Shown here piece after piece: positions 19,031 through 29,961 of a stretch of 64,000 nucleotides of DNA (position 1 is the stretch's first letter; the number at the start of each line of letters is the position of its first letter). Position numbers and translations under genes: made by a program. The stretch is from Cyanobacteria bacterium auto_48_18 (GTDB lineage: Bacteria; Cyanobacteriota; Vampirovibrionia; Obscuribacterales; Obscuribacteraceae), in contig JAVHQC010000036.1 of the NCBI GenBank assembly GCA_036170915.1, positions 207,743 to 271,742 on the forward strand. The letters are read 5' to 3'. The notes beneath the pieces are model-generated. The model did not search any database and was not told the origin of the DNA. It was given only the letters and a program-made list of their open reading frames with translations.

Positions 19031-20950
19031 GTGAACCAGTCTGAGCCCAACCAGGCAGCTCAAGGCGCACCAGCACCAATTAAGCCAATAACAGACCATC
19101 ACCACCACGGCGACGCCTTATTGGCATGGTGGTTAGCCGCTGCGATCGTGGGCGCCGATATAGGCACATCTGTCTTTTACACCACCGGCGTTATTCTGCC
19201 CCTGGTAGGTTTTGCCGCTCCGTTTATCATTCTTGCCGTCTGCGGCATGATGTGGATTTTCAAAGCCACATACGAGGAAGGCTGCGCTGTTAGCCCGTTT
19301 AACGGCGGCGCATACATCATGGTGCTGCAGACCGTGGGCAAACGCTTTGCCATTGTGGTGGGAGCACTGACCATACTTTCTTACCTGGCCACCGCTGCCG
19401 TGAGCGCGCTTTCCGGAGCGTTCTACATAGATTCAATAGACAATATTATGAACTGGCCGGTCTCTAATATTGTCGTAGTGGCAATTTTACCGGTGATTAT
19501 TTTTGGTCTGCTCAATATAATCGGCATCAAAGAGCCTGCAATGATTGTGTTTTTCATTGCTATGTTTCACTTTGGTCTGTTGCTTTATCTTGACGTCAAA
19601 GGCATGATTATGGCCTATGAACGTCATATTGATTTGACCAAATTTTCGCACTGTCTTACCGCTGTCACCCCAGCACATTTCGTCCATGGTTTTGCCGCTG
19701 CTTTTCTCGGTATTACAGGTTTTGAATCAGCGGCGCAAATTGTGGAACAGTTAAAAACTCCCACATGGAAAACACTCAAATATATTTACCTGTCTGTTGT
19801 TCTATTAGTTGGCATCACCGCACCAATCACTTCGTTTTTGTGCCTTGGTCTTTTGGACGAAAGCCAACTAAGTACTTACAAGAACAGTTTGCTTTCAGGG
19901 TTGGCATTTGTAGAAGGTGGTAAGCCACTACTGATAGTGCTGGTAATTGACGCAGCATTAATGCTTTTTGCCGCAGTCAATACGGCCTATGTAGGCTGCA
20001 TCGGCCTCTGTACCACCATGGCCAAGCAAGGCAATCTGCCGGCTTTCTTCTTGCGTCGGTGGGCCCACAGATTCCCTATGATGCATGGTTACCCCTATGT
20101 GTGCCTAATGTTCATGGCCGTTTGCTGTTTGATGATTGTGCTGCTGCCCGGGCAGGTAGACAATCTTGGTCAGGTTTACGGAATGGCGTTTCTCGCTGTC
20201 ATGGCATCATTTTGCTTTGGTGTACTTATGCTACGCATAAGAATGCCGCTAAAAGTCGAACGGGCACCGTATAAAACTAAATACACTTTCCCTTGGGGCA
20301 ACTACAAATTACCAATACCACCGGCCATCGGTTTGGTCACATTGCTCTTCTGCGAAATCGTACTGCTGTTCTCAGCTGAGGGAGCACGAGGCCTCGGTTT
20401 TCAGATTCTTGGCGTAATTTTGATAGTGATGTGTTTCTATCGCATGGGCGTACTTGAAGGCAGATTGCGTGAGCTGCCTGACCTCAGGTTAGGCATGGGA
20501 AAATTTGCCAATATGGAAGAAGTTCCAGAAAATCTGCCCATATTTGTATTGTGTACAGGTGGTGCAAAAGCCAGAAGCTTAGCTACTATGTTGATTAAAT
20601 TGCTTGAGCGGGAAGAACCAGGCCCCAAGGAAATAATCATTTTCCATGCTGAAGAAGAGTCGGCTCGTCGCGGCATGATGCATGAACTATTGCAGAGAGT
20701 GGTATCACAACAGATCGGTCCAAGTTTCAAAAATCACGACATCGTGCTGACCACAAAAATACTGCCGGACACTTTAGTTGACGGTTTGATCTATTTGAAG
20801 AAAGCACACCCATTCCAGAAGGTGTTTATCGGCACTGGCACCGACCCCGAATTAGCGGAGCGGTATGCTCGAGACCTGGAGAGTAATTTAGGCGTCCCTG
20901 TGGAAAATATTGGCAGACCCACACTGATAGACACTAAAGTTACGAGATAA
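19031..20950 (+). CDS. APC-superfamily permease with C-terminal cytoplasmic domain
   Basis: About 12 TMs, NGGAY, GITGFESAAQ, soluble C-terminal alpha/beta domain. Confidence 0.85.
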   Translation: MNQSEPNQAAQGAPAPIKPITDHHHHGDALLAWWLAAAIVGADIGTSVFYTTGVILPLVGFAAPFIILAVCGMMWIFKATYEEGCAVSPFNGGAYIMVLQTVGKRFAIVVGALTILSYLATAAVSALSGAFYIDSIDNIMNWPVSNIVVVAILPVIIFGLLNIIGIKEPAMIVFFIAMFHFGLLLYLDVKGMIMAYERHIDLTKFSHCLTAVTPAHFVHGFAAAFLGITGFESAAQIVEQLKTPTWKTLKYIYLSVVLLVGITAPITSFLCLGLLDESQLSTYKNSLLSGLAFVEGGKPLLIVLVIDAALMLFAAVNTAYVGCIGLCTTMAKQGNLPAFFLRRWAHRFPMMHGYPYVCLMFMAVCCLMIVLLPGQVDNLGQVYGMAFLAVMASFCFGVLMLRIRMPLKVERAPYKTKYTFPWGNYKLPIPPAIGLVTLLFCEIVLLFSAEGARGLGFQILGVILIVMCFYRMGVLEGRLRELPDLRLGMGKFANMEEVPENLPIFVLCTGGAKARSLATMLIKLLEREEPGPKEIIIFHAEEESARRGMMHELLQRVVSQQIGPSFKNHDIVLTTKILPDTLVDGLIYLKKAHPFQKVFIGTGTDPELAERYARDLESNLGVPVENIGRPTLIDTKVTR

Positions 20951-20956
20951 ACCTGC

Positions 20957-23767
20957 ATGCAGCGATTTGAACAAGACGATGAAACGAGGACCATAACATT
21001 CCCCTCAGATAAATCGCTTGGTTTGCTTTTTCTTATTGTCAGGTCAGGAAATCAAAGCGGTTGGTGGGAAGAGAAACTAGGCGAGGCCCGAGGCCGCGTC
21101 AGTGTGCCTGCTTTAGCTAATGTGCATCTCTTGGTAGACGCTAAAGCCGAGCTGGCGAATTTGCGCCAGTTGAATAGCAATGATTTGCAGTCTATGGATT
21201 TTCGTCAAGTTGAGATTACCGATTCTGATCTGGAGCATCTGGCTCACCTTACAGGTTTGCGCTACTTGACTTTACCTGAACGTAATATCACCGATGGTGG
21301 CCTCGCTTCTTTGCGCAATTTGCTATTTTTAAATATTCTCGATCTGGGTGGCACTAAAGTCACTGACTTTGGGCTGGTTAGACTGCAACACCTCACAGAC
21401 CTGCACAAGCTTTATTTAGACTCCACACTGGTCACGGGAGAAGGTGCTGCTGAACTTAATGCCAAACTTACCCGTTGCCACATTGTGCTTCATGGTGGCC
21501 GAGTTCTGGCTTTTCCATTTGAATGTTCGCCAGGAAGATTGTGGTTGGCCAAGGCTGATAGCAGTGGCCAGCGCAACTGGGAAGAACTTGGTATAGCTAG
21601 AGGCAGCATTGAAGTTTCAAGACGGGCTTTTATTCGGCTCGAAGTGCTGGACCGTGAAGCACTGAAAGAGTGTAATCGCTTAAAACCAGACGATATTCAA
21701 TCTCTCGATTATCTATTTCCTGAAATGATGGAAAAAGATTGGGACTGCGTCAATCGCATTGCCGGCTTGCGGGAGCTTCGACTTGGTGGTGTGGAACTGA
21801 CTAAGAACAGTCTGCGCGCACTAGTTAATTTACAGCGCCTGCGCACGTTCCAACTAACTTCATGCCAGATCGCCGAGCAGGCTTTGAAGCCTATTCAAAA
21901 ATTGAACTCGTTAAAGGAACTGCGCATTTCACATTGCCAGTTCGACGACGTCAAACTGGGTGAATTACTCTCTCACACTACTGCAAGAAAACTTTTGCTG
22001 GAAGGTGCTCACATAGATGACGCCCTGCTCGGCACAATAAATAAAGTCACCGACTTCGAAGAACTCTACATCGTATTTTCAGCAGCAACCGACGAAGGGC
22101 TGAGCTGCTTGCGCTATTTTCCTCAACTAACAACTTTGGTTTTGCGTGTCGATGCATTGACCGAAGCGGGGCTAAAACATGTAGCTGAACTAAGGCAGTT
22201 AACGCGCCTGGTCATTCGAGCTGATGACGTAGCAGAAACATTCTTCCATTCCCTGGTTGATTTGAAGCAGTTAGAAGAATTATCAATCAGGCAAGTAGAT
22301 TTGCGTGGTGATGGGCTAGCCAGCCTGGCGGAGCTTACCAGCTTGAAGCGGTTACATATAAGCGCCATGAGTGATAGCAGCAAACCAGGCTACAGCGAAT
22401 ATAAAAAACTGGTGAAGCTCATTATCAGTGGCCTTCCTTCGCTTGAAGAATTATCAATCCGTTTTGATGGTGCCACCATTGAGCTCAGTGATCTGCCCAG
22501 GCTGAAAATTCTTGACGCCAGCAATAACTCGGTAAGCGATAAAGGATTTACGGGAATCGAGACACTGCAGAACCTGGAGACACTGCATTTAAAAGGCTGC
22601 AACCGTATCGGCAACGAGACACTGTCTAAAATCGGCACTCTTCACAAGCTGAAAGAATTAGACCTGTCGTTAACCCGCGTTACCAATGAAGGTGTTGGCA
22701 AACTTGCTAATTTGCATGATTTGCGTTATCTCAATATTACTTCCACATCAGCCGATAATCAGGCCCTCTCTCATCTGCGATTACTTCGCGAACTGCGTTT
22801 CATTGAATATCCTAAACCGCTCACAGACACCGATTTAACCTATCTGAGCGAATTGAATAAACTGCGCAACGTGCGCCTTGGGCCCGTCACCGATCAAGGT
22901 ATGGCGGCGCTTACCAAGCTGACATTCATTCGAGAAATTAATTTAGCCAATGCCGATATTAGTGACAACACTTTGTCTCACTTACGCAATTTCACGCACC
23001 TGAAGACTTTAAACCTGGCCAACACTGCCATCACTGATGGTGGCATGGTTTACATAAGCAACTATAAAGAGCTCACAACTCTAAATTTGAGTGGTACCGA
23101 TGTTGGTGACCAGGGCGTAGCAGCGATCACAAATTTAACTGCACTCAAAGCGCTCGACTTAGAAAATTGCAAACGCTTGCGAGACAAAGGTGTGGCATTA
23201 ATTTCATCACTATCGTCTTTGCAGTGGCTTAATTTATCTAACACACGTGTTTCTGACTCTGGTCTATCAAGCCTTCGTCGCTTGACGCAATTGAACACCT
23301 TGCGTCTATCGTTCACCCATTTGACAGATCATGGCCTGAATGTGCTTAAAGACCTGCGCGAGTTAAAAGTGCTGGATCTGGAAAATCTGGAAATTACGGG
23401 CGACGGCTTGCAGAATTTATCTTCATGCCTCAAATTAGCTGATTTAAAATTGTCATCGAGCAGCATTGTAGACAGCAGTATTCCTTATCTCATGACCTTG
23501 CCGGCCCTGGAAGAATTGGATTTAAGAAATACTTTGATTACAGCACTGGCATTAGAATCGCTGGCTCAGATGAAATCTTTGAAAAAACTAGTTTTGTTGG
23601 GTACCAATATGACTTACCGCGACCTGACCAAGCTGAAAGGCTTAGACGCGCTGGAGACCCTGGTTTTCCATGACTTGCAAGTGAGCCGGGGTGACCGTGC
23701 CGCCCTCAAGCTTGCCCTGCCTAATACAAAAATTCAGTTGCTCGACCGTGAAGTAAACTACATTTAG
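20957..23767 (+). CDS. Leucine-rich repeat protein (two capped LRR blocks)
   Basis: Many ~24-aa LxxLxLxxTxITDxG repeats. The cap motif FP...G.L......W..LG.ARG occurs twice. Confidence 0.9.
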   Translation: MQRFEQDDETRTITFPSDKSLGLLFLIVRSGNQSGWWEEKLGEARGRVSVPALANVHLLVDAKAELANLRQLNSNDLQSMDFRQVEITDSDLEHLAHLTGLRYLTLPERNITDGGLASLRNLLFLNILDLGGTKVTDFGLVRLQHLTDLHKLYLDSTLVTGEGAAELNAKLTRCHIVLHGGRVLAFPFECSPGRLWLAKADSSGQRNWEELGIARGSIEVSRRAFIRLEVLDREALKECNRLKPDDIQSLDYLFPEMMEKDWDCVNRIAGLRELRLGGVELTKNSLRALVNLQRLRTFQLTSCQIAEQALKPIQKLNSLKELRISHCQFDDVKLGELLSHTTARKLLLEGAHIDDALLGTINKVTDFEELYIVFSAATDEGLSCLRYFPQLTTLVLRVDALTEAGLKHVAELRQLTRLVIRADDVAETFFHSLVDLKQLEELSIRQVDLRGDGLASLAELTSLKRLHISAMSDSSKPGYSEYKKLVKLIISGLPSLEELSIRFDGATIELSDLPRLKILDASNNSVSDKGFTGIETLQNLETLHLKGCNRIGNETLSKIGTLHKLKELDLSLTRVTNEGVGKLANLHDLRYLNITSTSADNQALSHLRLLRELRFIEYPKPLTDTDLTYLSELNKLRNVRLGPVTDQGMAALTKLTFIREINLANADISDNTLSHLRNFTHLKTLNLANTAITDGGMVYISNYKELTTLNLSGTDVGDQGVAAITNLTALKALDLENCKRLRDKGVALISSLSSLQWLNLSNTRVSDSGLSSLRRLTQLNTLRLSFTHLTDHGLNVLKDLRELKVLDLENLEITGDGLQNLSSCLKLADLKLSSSSIVDSSIPYLMTLPALEELDLRNTLITALALESLAQMKSLKKLVLLGTNMTYRDLTKLKGLDALETLVFHDLQVSRGDRAALKLALPNTKIQLLDREVNYI

Positions 23768-23819
23768 TGGCATGTAATTACCAATGCTGTCTATGGTTAC
23801 CCAATAACTGAGGTCGTTC

Positions 23820-24503
23820 ATGCCCACTGAAGTGCTGCAAGAGAAAATTGCTGCCGCCATCGCTTCGTTCAAGAATGGCAAATATTCAGAGTCTGAAGCT
23901 CATTGCCTCAACGCTTTAAGCTTTACAGAACCTTCAGATCGGTCTGATAAGTGGGCCGCTGAAGCTTTCGGTAACCTTGGTATGGCCTTTATGAGCATTT
24001 CCAATTTCACCACGGCTGAGCGTTGCCTAGATCGCTGTGTGGCTGTGCTGGAAAAAGATCAAAGTACGCACCCCTCGCTTTTGGCACAGCTGGTTTCCAA
24101 TCGCGCCAGCTGCTTTTTGGCCGAAGACAAGTTTGAAGACGCCCTTCCCCTCTGTCAAAAAGCCTGGGAAGTAGCCAAGGTAGCCGGCGCTTCCAGTGAT
24201 GACCAGAGACCGATTTTTCTTTCAAACCTGGCCAGTGCTTATTACAAACTTGAGCGCTTTAGCGAAGCCGAACAATATTTCAGGCTATGCGTAGAGTCAG
24301 CCCAAGATTTACTGCCCGAAGACACCGAACTGCTCGCCGTGTCATTAAATAACCTGGCCAACTGCTGCCGCGAACAAGGCAAATATGCAGAAGCTCTTGA
24401 GCTCTACAAAAAAGCCATGAGTCTGTTTGGTGAAGCTGATGACGATCATCCTGAGCTGGCATATATTCGTGAATGTCACGATAACTGCATCAAACGCATG
24501 TAA
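23820..24503 (+). CDS. TPR protein (kinesin-light-chain-like 42-aa TPRs)
   Basis: SLNNLANCCREQGKYAEALELYKKA, LSNLASAYYKLERFSEAE. Confidence 0.85.
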   Translation: MPTEVLQEKIAAAIASFKNGKYSESEAHCLNALSFTEPSDRSDKWAAEAFGNLGMAFMSISNFTTAERCLDRCVAVLEKDQSTHPSLLAQLVSNRASCFLAEDKFEDALPLCQKAWEVAKVAGASSDDQRPIFLSNLASAYYKLERFSEAEQYFRLCVESAQDLLPEDTELLAVSLNNLANCCREQGKYAEALELYKKAMSLFGEADDDHPELAYIRECHDNCIKRM

Positions 24504-24565
24504 GCGCACTAGAGCGATATAGAAATAGCCCGATCTAAAAATAGACCGATGCACCAATAGCCAAA

Positions 24566-25045
24566 TTAGAGCAGCTTTTCTATGTCGGCGGAAATATCAG
24601 CCGGCTCCACATTCGGTGCGTAGCGTTTAACAACGTTGCCATCTTTATCAACAAGAAATTTGGTGAAATTCCATTTGATGTCTTTAAGGCCGAGCAGCCC
24701 GGGAACTTTGTCAGTCAAATGCTTGTAGAGCGGATGAGCATTGTCTCCGTTGACTTCAATCTTGTCGAACATTTGAAAATCAACACCATAATTTTTCTGA
24801 CAGAAGGCACCAATCTCGGTGCTATCACCAGGCTCCTGAGCGCCAAACTGATTACAAGGAAAACCGAGCAAGGACAAACCGCGCTTGGCATAGTCTTGAT
24901 GCAATTTTTCCAAACCGGCGAACTGCGAAGTAAAGCCGCACTTGCTGGCGGTATTGACAATCAACATGACCTTGCCCTGATACTGATTGAGTGAGATCTC
25001 CTTGCCATCTAGTGCTTTGGCAGTGTACTCATAGATTGTGCTCAT
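24566..25045 (-). CDS. Glutathione peroxidase (Cys-type)
   Basis: NTASKCGFT, FPCNQFG, KWNFTKFL. Confidence 0.95.
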   Translation of the reverse strand: MSTIYEYTAKALDGKEISLNQYQGKVMLIVNTASKCGFTSQFAGLEKLHQDYAKRGLSLLGFPCNQFGAQEPGDSTEIGAFCQKNYGVDFQMFDKIEVNGDNAHPLYKHLTDKVPGLLGLKDIKWNFTKFLVDKDGNVVKRYAPNVEPADISADIEKLL

Positions 25046-25047
25046 TA

Positions 25048-25737
25048 TTATTCGTCGCCCCTTTCAGTTTCGATTGCTACAACAGTATCACGAGCTACCA
25101 CAAAGACTCTATCTGTGCGTGTAGGCTCAATTGAATAAGTGCCGGTAAACACGCCAAAAGCCGGCAGCACCGCATACTCTGGACGCAACCAGAAACACGG
25201 CAAACGCAGACGCTGTTTACCCTGACCATAAAGCACAACAGAGGGATGCACGTGACCGCAAAGCACATAGCCTTCTCTCGTATTGACAAGATCGTGTGAG
25301 TAAACAAATGGACCTTCTGTCATGTGACCGTGAATCAGCTCTAAATTCCATGATGGGGGCAAACGCACTTTGCGATCGTGATTGCCTAAGATCAGCACTA
25401 CGTTGACTTGCGGATGAGCATCGCGAAAGCGCTCAAACACTTCCACTTCTGAGCTGGTCATACCATCTTGCGAATGCACCAGATCGCCAAGAACAATCAA
25501 ACGAGTGACCGAGAACTGCTTGATCAGTTGACTGAGACGAAAGAGATCGAAGCTGCTGATACCGTCTGGTGCAAAAAAATTGCGTGAGCGAAAAGAAGCT
25601 GCCTTGCCGATATGCACATCTGCTAAAACCAGTGTGTGGGTGGCTGGAATATACATGGCTTTTTGCGGCAGCAGAATCACCCGCTCACCGGCGATCTCAG
25701 TGTGGGCAACACCTTCCATGGTAACCAGGTCAGTCAT
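25048..25737 (-). CDS. pdeM: Ligase-associated metallophosphoesterase endonuclease (PdeM/MPE)
   Basis: DVHIGK, GDLVH, GNHD, GHVHP, PAFG; directly downstream of the Lhr-Core helicase gene. Confidence 0.88.
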   Translation of the reverse strand: MTDLVTMEGVAHTEIAGERVILLPQKAMYIPATHTLVLADVHIGKAASFRSRNFFAPDGISSFDLFRLSQLIKQFSVTRLIVLGDLVHSQDGMTSSEVEVFERFRDAHPQVNVVLILGNHDRKVRLPPSWNLELIHGHMTEGPFVYSHDLVNTREGYVLCGHVHPSVVLYGQGKQRLRLPCFWLRPEYAVLPAFGVFTGTYSIEPTRTDRVFVVARDTVVAIETERGDE

Positions 25738-25746
25738 AACTGCAGC

Positions 25747-28284
25747 CTAGCGCCTCATGTCTTTGGCCAGGTCAAGCTGCATACGTAGAACTCGTTGGGC
25801 AAGCTTCTCGGAACTCAATTTTCCTCTCAGTCTATCTACCATTAATGGCAAACAAAAGGGCGAAGCCTTGGTCAGCTGTACTTCTAAAATTTCAGATGCC
25901 GCCAGTCTGGCCAGGGCGCCAATCATACGGCTGATTTCCAGGTGGCGCTCGAGAACTTCATCATGGGCCTGTCTGACCAATAAGTTGCCAGGATCAAAGT
26001 CTACAAACACATCGTAGAGCAGACTGCTAGAAACTTGCACCTGCTTTACAGTTTTATTAGCTCCCGGATAACCCTGAAAAATCAGGCCTGAGACACGGGC
26101 AATCTCACGGAACTGGCGTTTCGCCATTTCCGTGGAGTTGAGACAGGCCCTGATATCTTCAACCAAATTGTCGTAACGAAAGTTCTTGAAAAAGGCGGCC
26201 GCGCTGCCTTCGAATTCGTCGTTATCGCTTTCTTCGAACTTGATTGGTCGATCTGAAAGAATCTCGAATCCCCAGTCGTTAATGGCAATAGAAAACGTAG
26301 AAGGGCTTACGCGCGATAACTGATAGGCAACAAGAGTTGCCAGACCCTCATTGACCAGGCGCCCTTCGAAAGGATAAACAAAAAGGTGATGACCTTCTCT
26401 GGTGTTATATTTCTCTACCAGAATTTCGCCCATGGCAGGTAAATGCGAACGCTCACCCTGCAACCTTAAAAGCGGCTGAAGAAAAGCCATTTCTGGTTCG
26501 CTGTAGTCACCCATGCTGGCTTCGTTAATAAGCATGCGCAGCTCAGACGAGAGCTCAGTTGATAGTGGCATGCGGCCACCCATCCATCTGGGAATAATGC
26601 CAGACTTTACAGGAGAAAGTTTTACCATGGCTTTCATATCGCGCACTTCAACAAGCTCTAGCCAACGGCCAGCAAACAAAAAGCGGTCGCCGTTCTTCAT
26701 GCGACTGATGAATGATTCTTCTACCTGTCCGATGCGCTCGCCGCGAACAAATTTCACTTCCATTGCCTGATCTGAAACAATAGTGCCGATAGATAAACGG
26801 TGTTTCAAAGCCAGATGTTTATCAGAAATAATATAACGACCATTCTCTAACTTGATGCGGTGATACTCAGGATAGGCCTTCAGAGCCGCACCACCACTGC
26901 CGACAAAATTTAAAATCCATTCCCATTCGCCTTCGTTTAAATCGCGAAATGCCCAGGTCTCTTTTACTTCTTCAAAAAGATCTTTAGAAACAAAGCCGTT
27001 ACCGAGAGCAACCGTAACAACGTGCTGGCAAAGCACATCAATAGATTTGTTCAGCGGGTAACGCGACTCGATATTGCCTTTTGCCATACCACGACGTGCT
27101 GCTGCCAGCTCGGCCACTTCCAGTGCGTGGCTGGGCACCAGATATAGTGTGCTCACTTGACCAGGGCTGTGGCCGCTGCGACCGGCCCTTTGCATGGCTC
27201 GCGCCACACCTTTAGGGCTGCCAATTTGCATCACTCTATCCACAGGTGAAAAATCTACACCCAGATCAAGACTTGAGGTGGAGACAACAAATTTAAGTCG
27301 CTCTTCTTTTAAAGCCAGCTCTACCCAGCGGCGCACATCACCATCAAGAGAACCATGATGCAGGGCGGAGATGCCACAAAAATCATCGCGCAATTCAATA
27401 ATGCGCTGATACCACTGTTCTGTTTGCGAACGCACATTGGTAAATACAATTGAGGTGCGGCCGCCGTCGATTAATTTGATCACTTCTTGCAGCATTGGCA
27501 AACCGGTGTGACCTGTCCAGGGCAAACTATCTAAGCTTTCAGGTAGCACCGATTGTGCCACCACTGCTTTTTTTAATTTTGCTTCCACCAGGCAAGCTTT
27601 GGTTTTAGAACCGACCAGACACTCTAGTGCTTGATCTAAATTACCAATGGTGGCAGACAAGCCCCATATGCGCACATCAGGAGCAAGACGTTTAAGCCTG
27701 GCCAGAGCGAGTTCAGTTTGAACACCACGTTTGTTTCCCAGCAGCTCATGCCACTCGTCGACTACAACTAATTTGAGATGCTTGAATTTCTCAGCGCTAT
27801 TCTCGTATGAAAGTAAAATCGAAAGACTTTCAGGAGTGGTCACCAGGGCAGACGGCAAGTTGTCTTTCTGTTTGGCGCGGCGACTAGAAGAAGTATCACC
27901 CGTGCGAGTTTCTACAGAGAATGGCAAGTCGAGTTCGCGCACCGGCTCTTCCAGGCTCATGGCAATATCATTGGCAAGCGCGCGTAAAGGAGTGAGCCAG
28001 AGAACGGTTAAAGGTAAATGCGCCTTCTTACTTTTGCCTGTGCGCACCACGTCGGTCATGTCTCCGTGCTGCATCCACTCAATCAGCGGAGCGGGCCAAA
28101 TTGCGTAAGTTTTGCCCATACCGGTGGACGCGTGAATCAGGCCACTGTAACCATCAAGATACCTCTGCCAGGCTTCTCTTTGAAAGTCAAAAACCTTCCA
28201 GCCTTTTTGCTCAAACCAATCATTGAGTGGTTTAGCCGCAGGTTCGGATTTGCTTATAGGTAGTGGTAGCTCATCAGCATACAT
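25747..28284 (-). CDS. Ligase-associated DEXH-box helicase (Lhr-Core)
   Basis: TGMGKT, TPLRAL, DEWH, SAT, HHGSL, LDLGVD, QRAGRSGH, PRWMGG. Confidence 0.92.
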   Translation of the reverse strand: MYADELPLPISKSEPAAKPLNDWFEQKGWKVFDFQREAWQRYLDGYSGLIHASTGMGKTYAIWPAPLIEWMQHGDMTDVVRTGKSKKAHLPLTVLWLTPLRALANDIAMSLEEPVRELDLPFSVETRTGDTSSSRRAKQKDNLPSALVTTPESLSILLSYENSAEKFKHLKLVVVDEWHELLGNKRGVQTELALARLKRLAPDVRIWGLSATIGNLDQALECLVGSKTKACLVEAKLKKAVVAQSVLPESLDSLPWTGHTGLPMLQEVIKLIDGGRTSIVFTNVRSQTEQWYQRIIELRDDFCGISALHHGSLDGDVRRWVELALKEERLKFVVSTSSLDLGVDFSPVDRVMQIGSPKGVARAMQRAGRSGHSPGQVSTLYLVPSHALEVAELAAARRGMAKGNIESRYPLNKSIDVLCQHVVTVALGNGFVSKDLFEEVKETWAFRDLNEGEWEWILNFVGSGGAALKAYPEYHRIKLENGRYIISDKHLALKHRLSIGTIVSDQAMEVKFVRGERIGQVEESFISRMKNGDRFLFAGRWLELVEVRDMKAMVKLSPVKSGIIPRWMGGRMPLSTELSSELRMLINEASMGDYSEPEMAFLQPLLRLQGERSHLPAMGEILVEKYNTREGHHLFVYPFEGRLVNEGLATLVAYQLSRVSPSTFSIAINDWGFEILSDRPIKFEESDNDEFEGSAAAFFKNFRYDNLVEDIRACLNSTEMAKRQFREIARVSGLIFQGYPGANKTVKQVQVSSSLLYDVFVDFDPGNLLVRQAHDEVLERHLEISRMIGALARLAASEILEVQLTKASPFCLPLMVDRLRGKLSSEKLAQRVLRMQLDLAKDMRR

Positions 28285-28419
28285 ATATAAGGCTTATTCT
28301 AACTGGATATGAGCAGTTAGGCCCGGCAACCTGCTTTGAAAGGAAGAATACTGGCAATAATGGACCCATTCCTGATATTCTCCAGGATGCCGTTGCTTTG
28401 AAAATCCACTAAAAATTCT

Positions 28420-29961
28420 ATGTCTGAAACCATCCACATCGATATTTTTGTTGTTTTGCTTATGGTTACTGCGACAGTAGCTATGTCTGTGAAATGGATT
28501 AAACTGCCTTACTCCATCGCGCTAGTGATTGTCGGGCTGATTATCGGTGTTTGCCATCTCCTTCCTCCAGTCGATCTAACTCCAGACTTAATTTTGTTGA
28601 TATTTTTGCCGGCTGTATTGTTTGAAGCCTCGTGGAACATTCAACTTTCGGAGCTCAAGGAGAGCTGGATACCAATCACCGTGCTAGCCACAGTGGGTGT
28701 TGTGATCAACACAATTATTGTTGCCATGGGAATGCACTATTTCGCCAACGTAGCATTAGGCCCGGCATTCCTTTTTGGCGCCATGATAGCGGCCACTGAC
28801 CCCATTTCAGTGCTTGCATTGTTCCGCAAGCTGGGCATGGATAGTAAGCTAACTATGCTTCTTGAAGGCGAAAGCCTTTTTAATGACGGCACGGCAGTGG
28901 TGCTATTCAAATTAGTTCTAGCAATTGTCATAACTGGAGCTTCATTCTCGATCACCGCCACCGCTGGAAGTTTCTTGGTGGTGGTTCTAGGCGGCTGCGC
29001 TACAGGAGCACTGCTCGGTTATGCTGCCTCGAGAGTAACACGATTATTCGACGATCATTTGCTGGAGATTACCTTAACCACAATTCTTGCATACGGCTCA
29101 TATCTTCTTGCTGAGCAACTGCATGTTTCAGCGGTATTAAGCGTGGTGGCAGCGGGCGTGGTCATAGGTAACTACGGAAGTCGCACAGGTATGTCGGCTG
29201 GTACTCGAATGGCCGTTAATTCATTCTGGGAATACACAGCTTTTCTTGTTAACTCCCTAATTTTTCTTCTAATCGGACTTCAAGTAAAATTCAATCTGCT
29301 TATTAAATATGGGGTGCAAATAGGAGTTGGCATTGCCCTTGTGTTAATTGCGCGCGTCGTGGTGGTTTATGGCCTGTCACCATTCATTGGTACTAAAAGC
29401 CACAAAATACCGTGGAAGTACCGTCACATGCTTTTCTGGGGTGCCCTTAGAGGCTCAGTATGTATGGCTCTGGCGCTGAGCTTGCCTGAAAATTTCGCTT
29501 ACCGAGAAATGATCACAATCACAACTTTTGGCGTTGTGTTGTTTACTCTGCTGGTACCAGGCCTGACCATCCAGCCACTGGTCAAACTACTGAAGATGAA
29601 TCTTAAAGACCCTCGACAAGAGCAATACAAACGCCTTAAGGCGCAATTAATAGCAAAGAAAAAGGCGTCAGTATTTCTATCTGAGCAGTTCAATTCCGGT
29701 GCAGTCTCAGCAGCTTCTTTTGAACAGCTTAACGAACAACTAATCAGTGAAGAAGCTAAGTTAACAGCAAGAATTGACGACCTTCACCTCGAGGACTTGT
29801 CTATTAAGGCCGTAGAAGAAGAAGCATTGAAGAATAAAGTGGCAGATGTAGAAAGAGACACCCTTAAGCAACTTGTGAAGGAAGGTCTGCTCACGGAAGA
29901 GGGTTTGCATTTAATCGCACTTGAATTAAGCGAAGACTCAGCGCAGATAATGACAGAGTAG
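28420..29961 (+). CDS. Na+/H+ antiporter, CPA1 (NhaP-like)
   Basis: ATDPISV, EGESLFNDG, GALRG; multiple TMs. Confidence 0.92.
   Translation: MSETIHIDIFVVLLMVTATVAMSVKWIKLPYSIALVIVGLIIGVCHLLPPVDLTPDLILLIFLPAVLFEASWNIQLSELKESWIPITVLATVGVVINTIIVAMGMHYFANVALGPAFLFGAMIAATDPISVLALFRKLGMDSKLTMLLEGESLFNDGTAVVLFKLVLAIVITGASFSITATAGSFLVVVLGGCATGALLGYAASRVTRLFDDHLLEITLTTILAYGSYLLAEQLHVSAVLSVVAAGVVIGNYGSRTGMSAGTRMAVNSFWEYTAFLVNSLIFLLIGLQVKFNLLIKYGVQIGVGIALVLIARVVVVYGLSPFIGTKSHKIPWKYRHMLFWGALRGSVCMALALSLPENFAYREMITITTFGVVLFTLLVPGLTIQPLVKLLKMNLKDPRQEQYKRLKAQLIAKKKASVFLSEQFNSGAVSAASFEQLNEQLISEEAKLTARIDDLHLEDLSIKAVEEEALKNKVADVERDTLKQLVKEGLLTEEGLHLIALELSEDSAQIMTE

Noticed and set aside
24566..25045. Selenocysteine glutathione peroxidase
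   Set aside because: The active-site codon is TGC (Cys) and there is no in-frame TGA.
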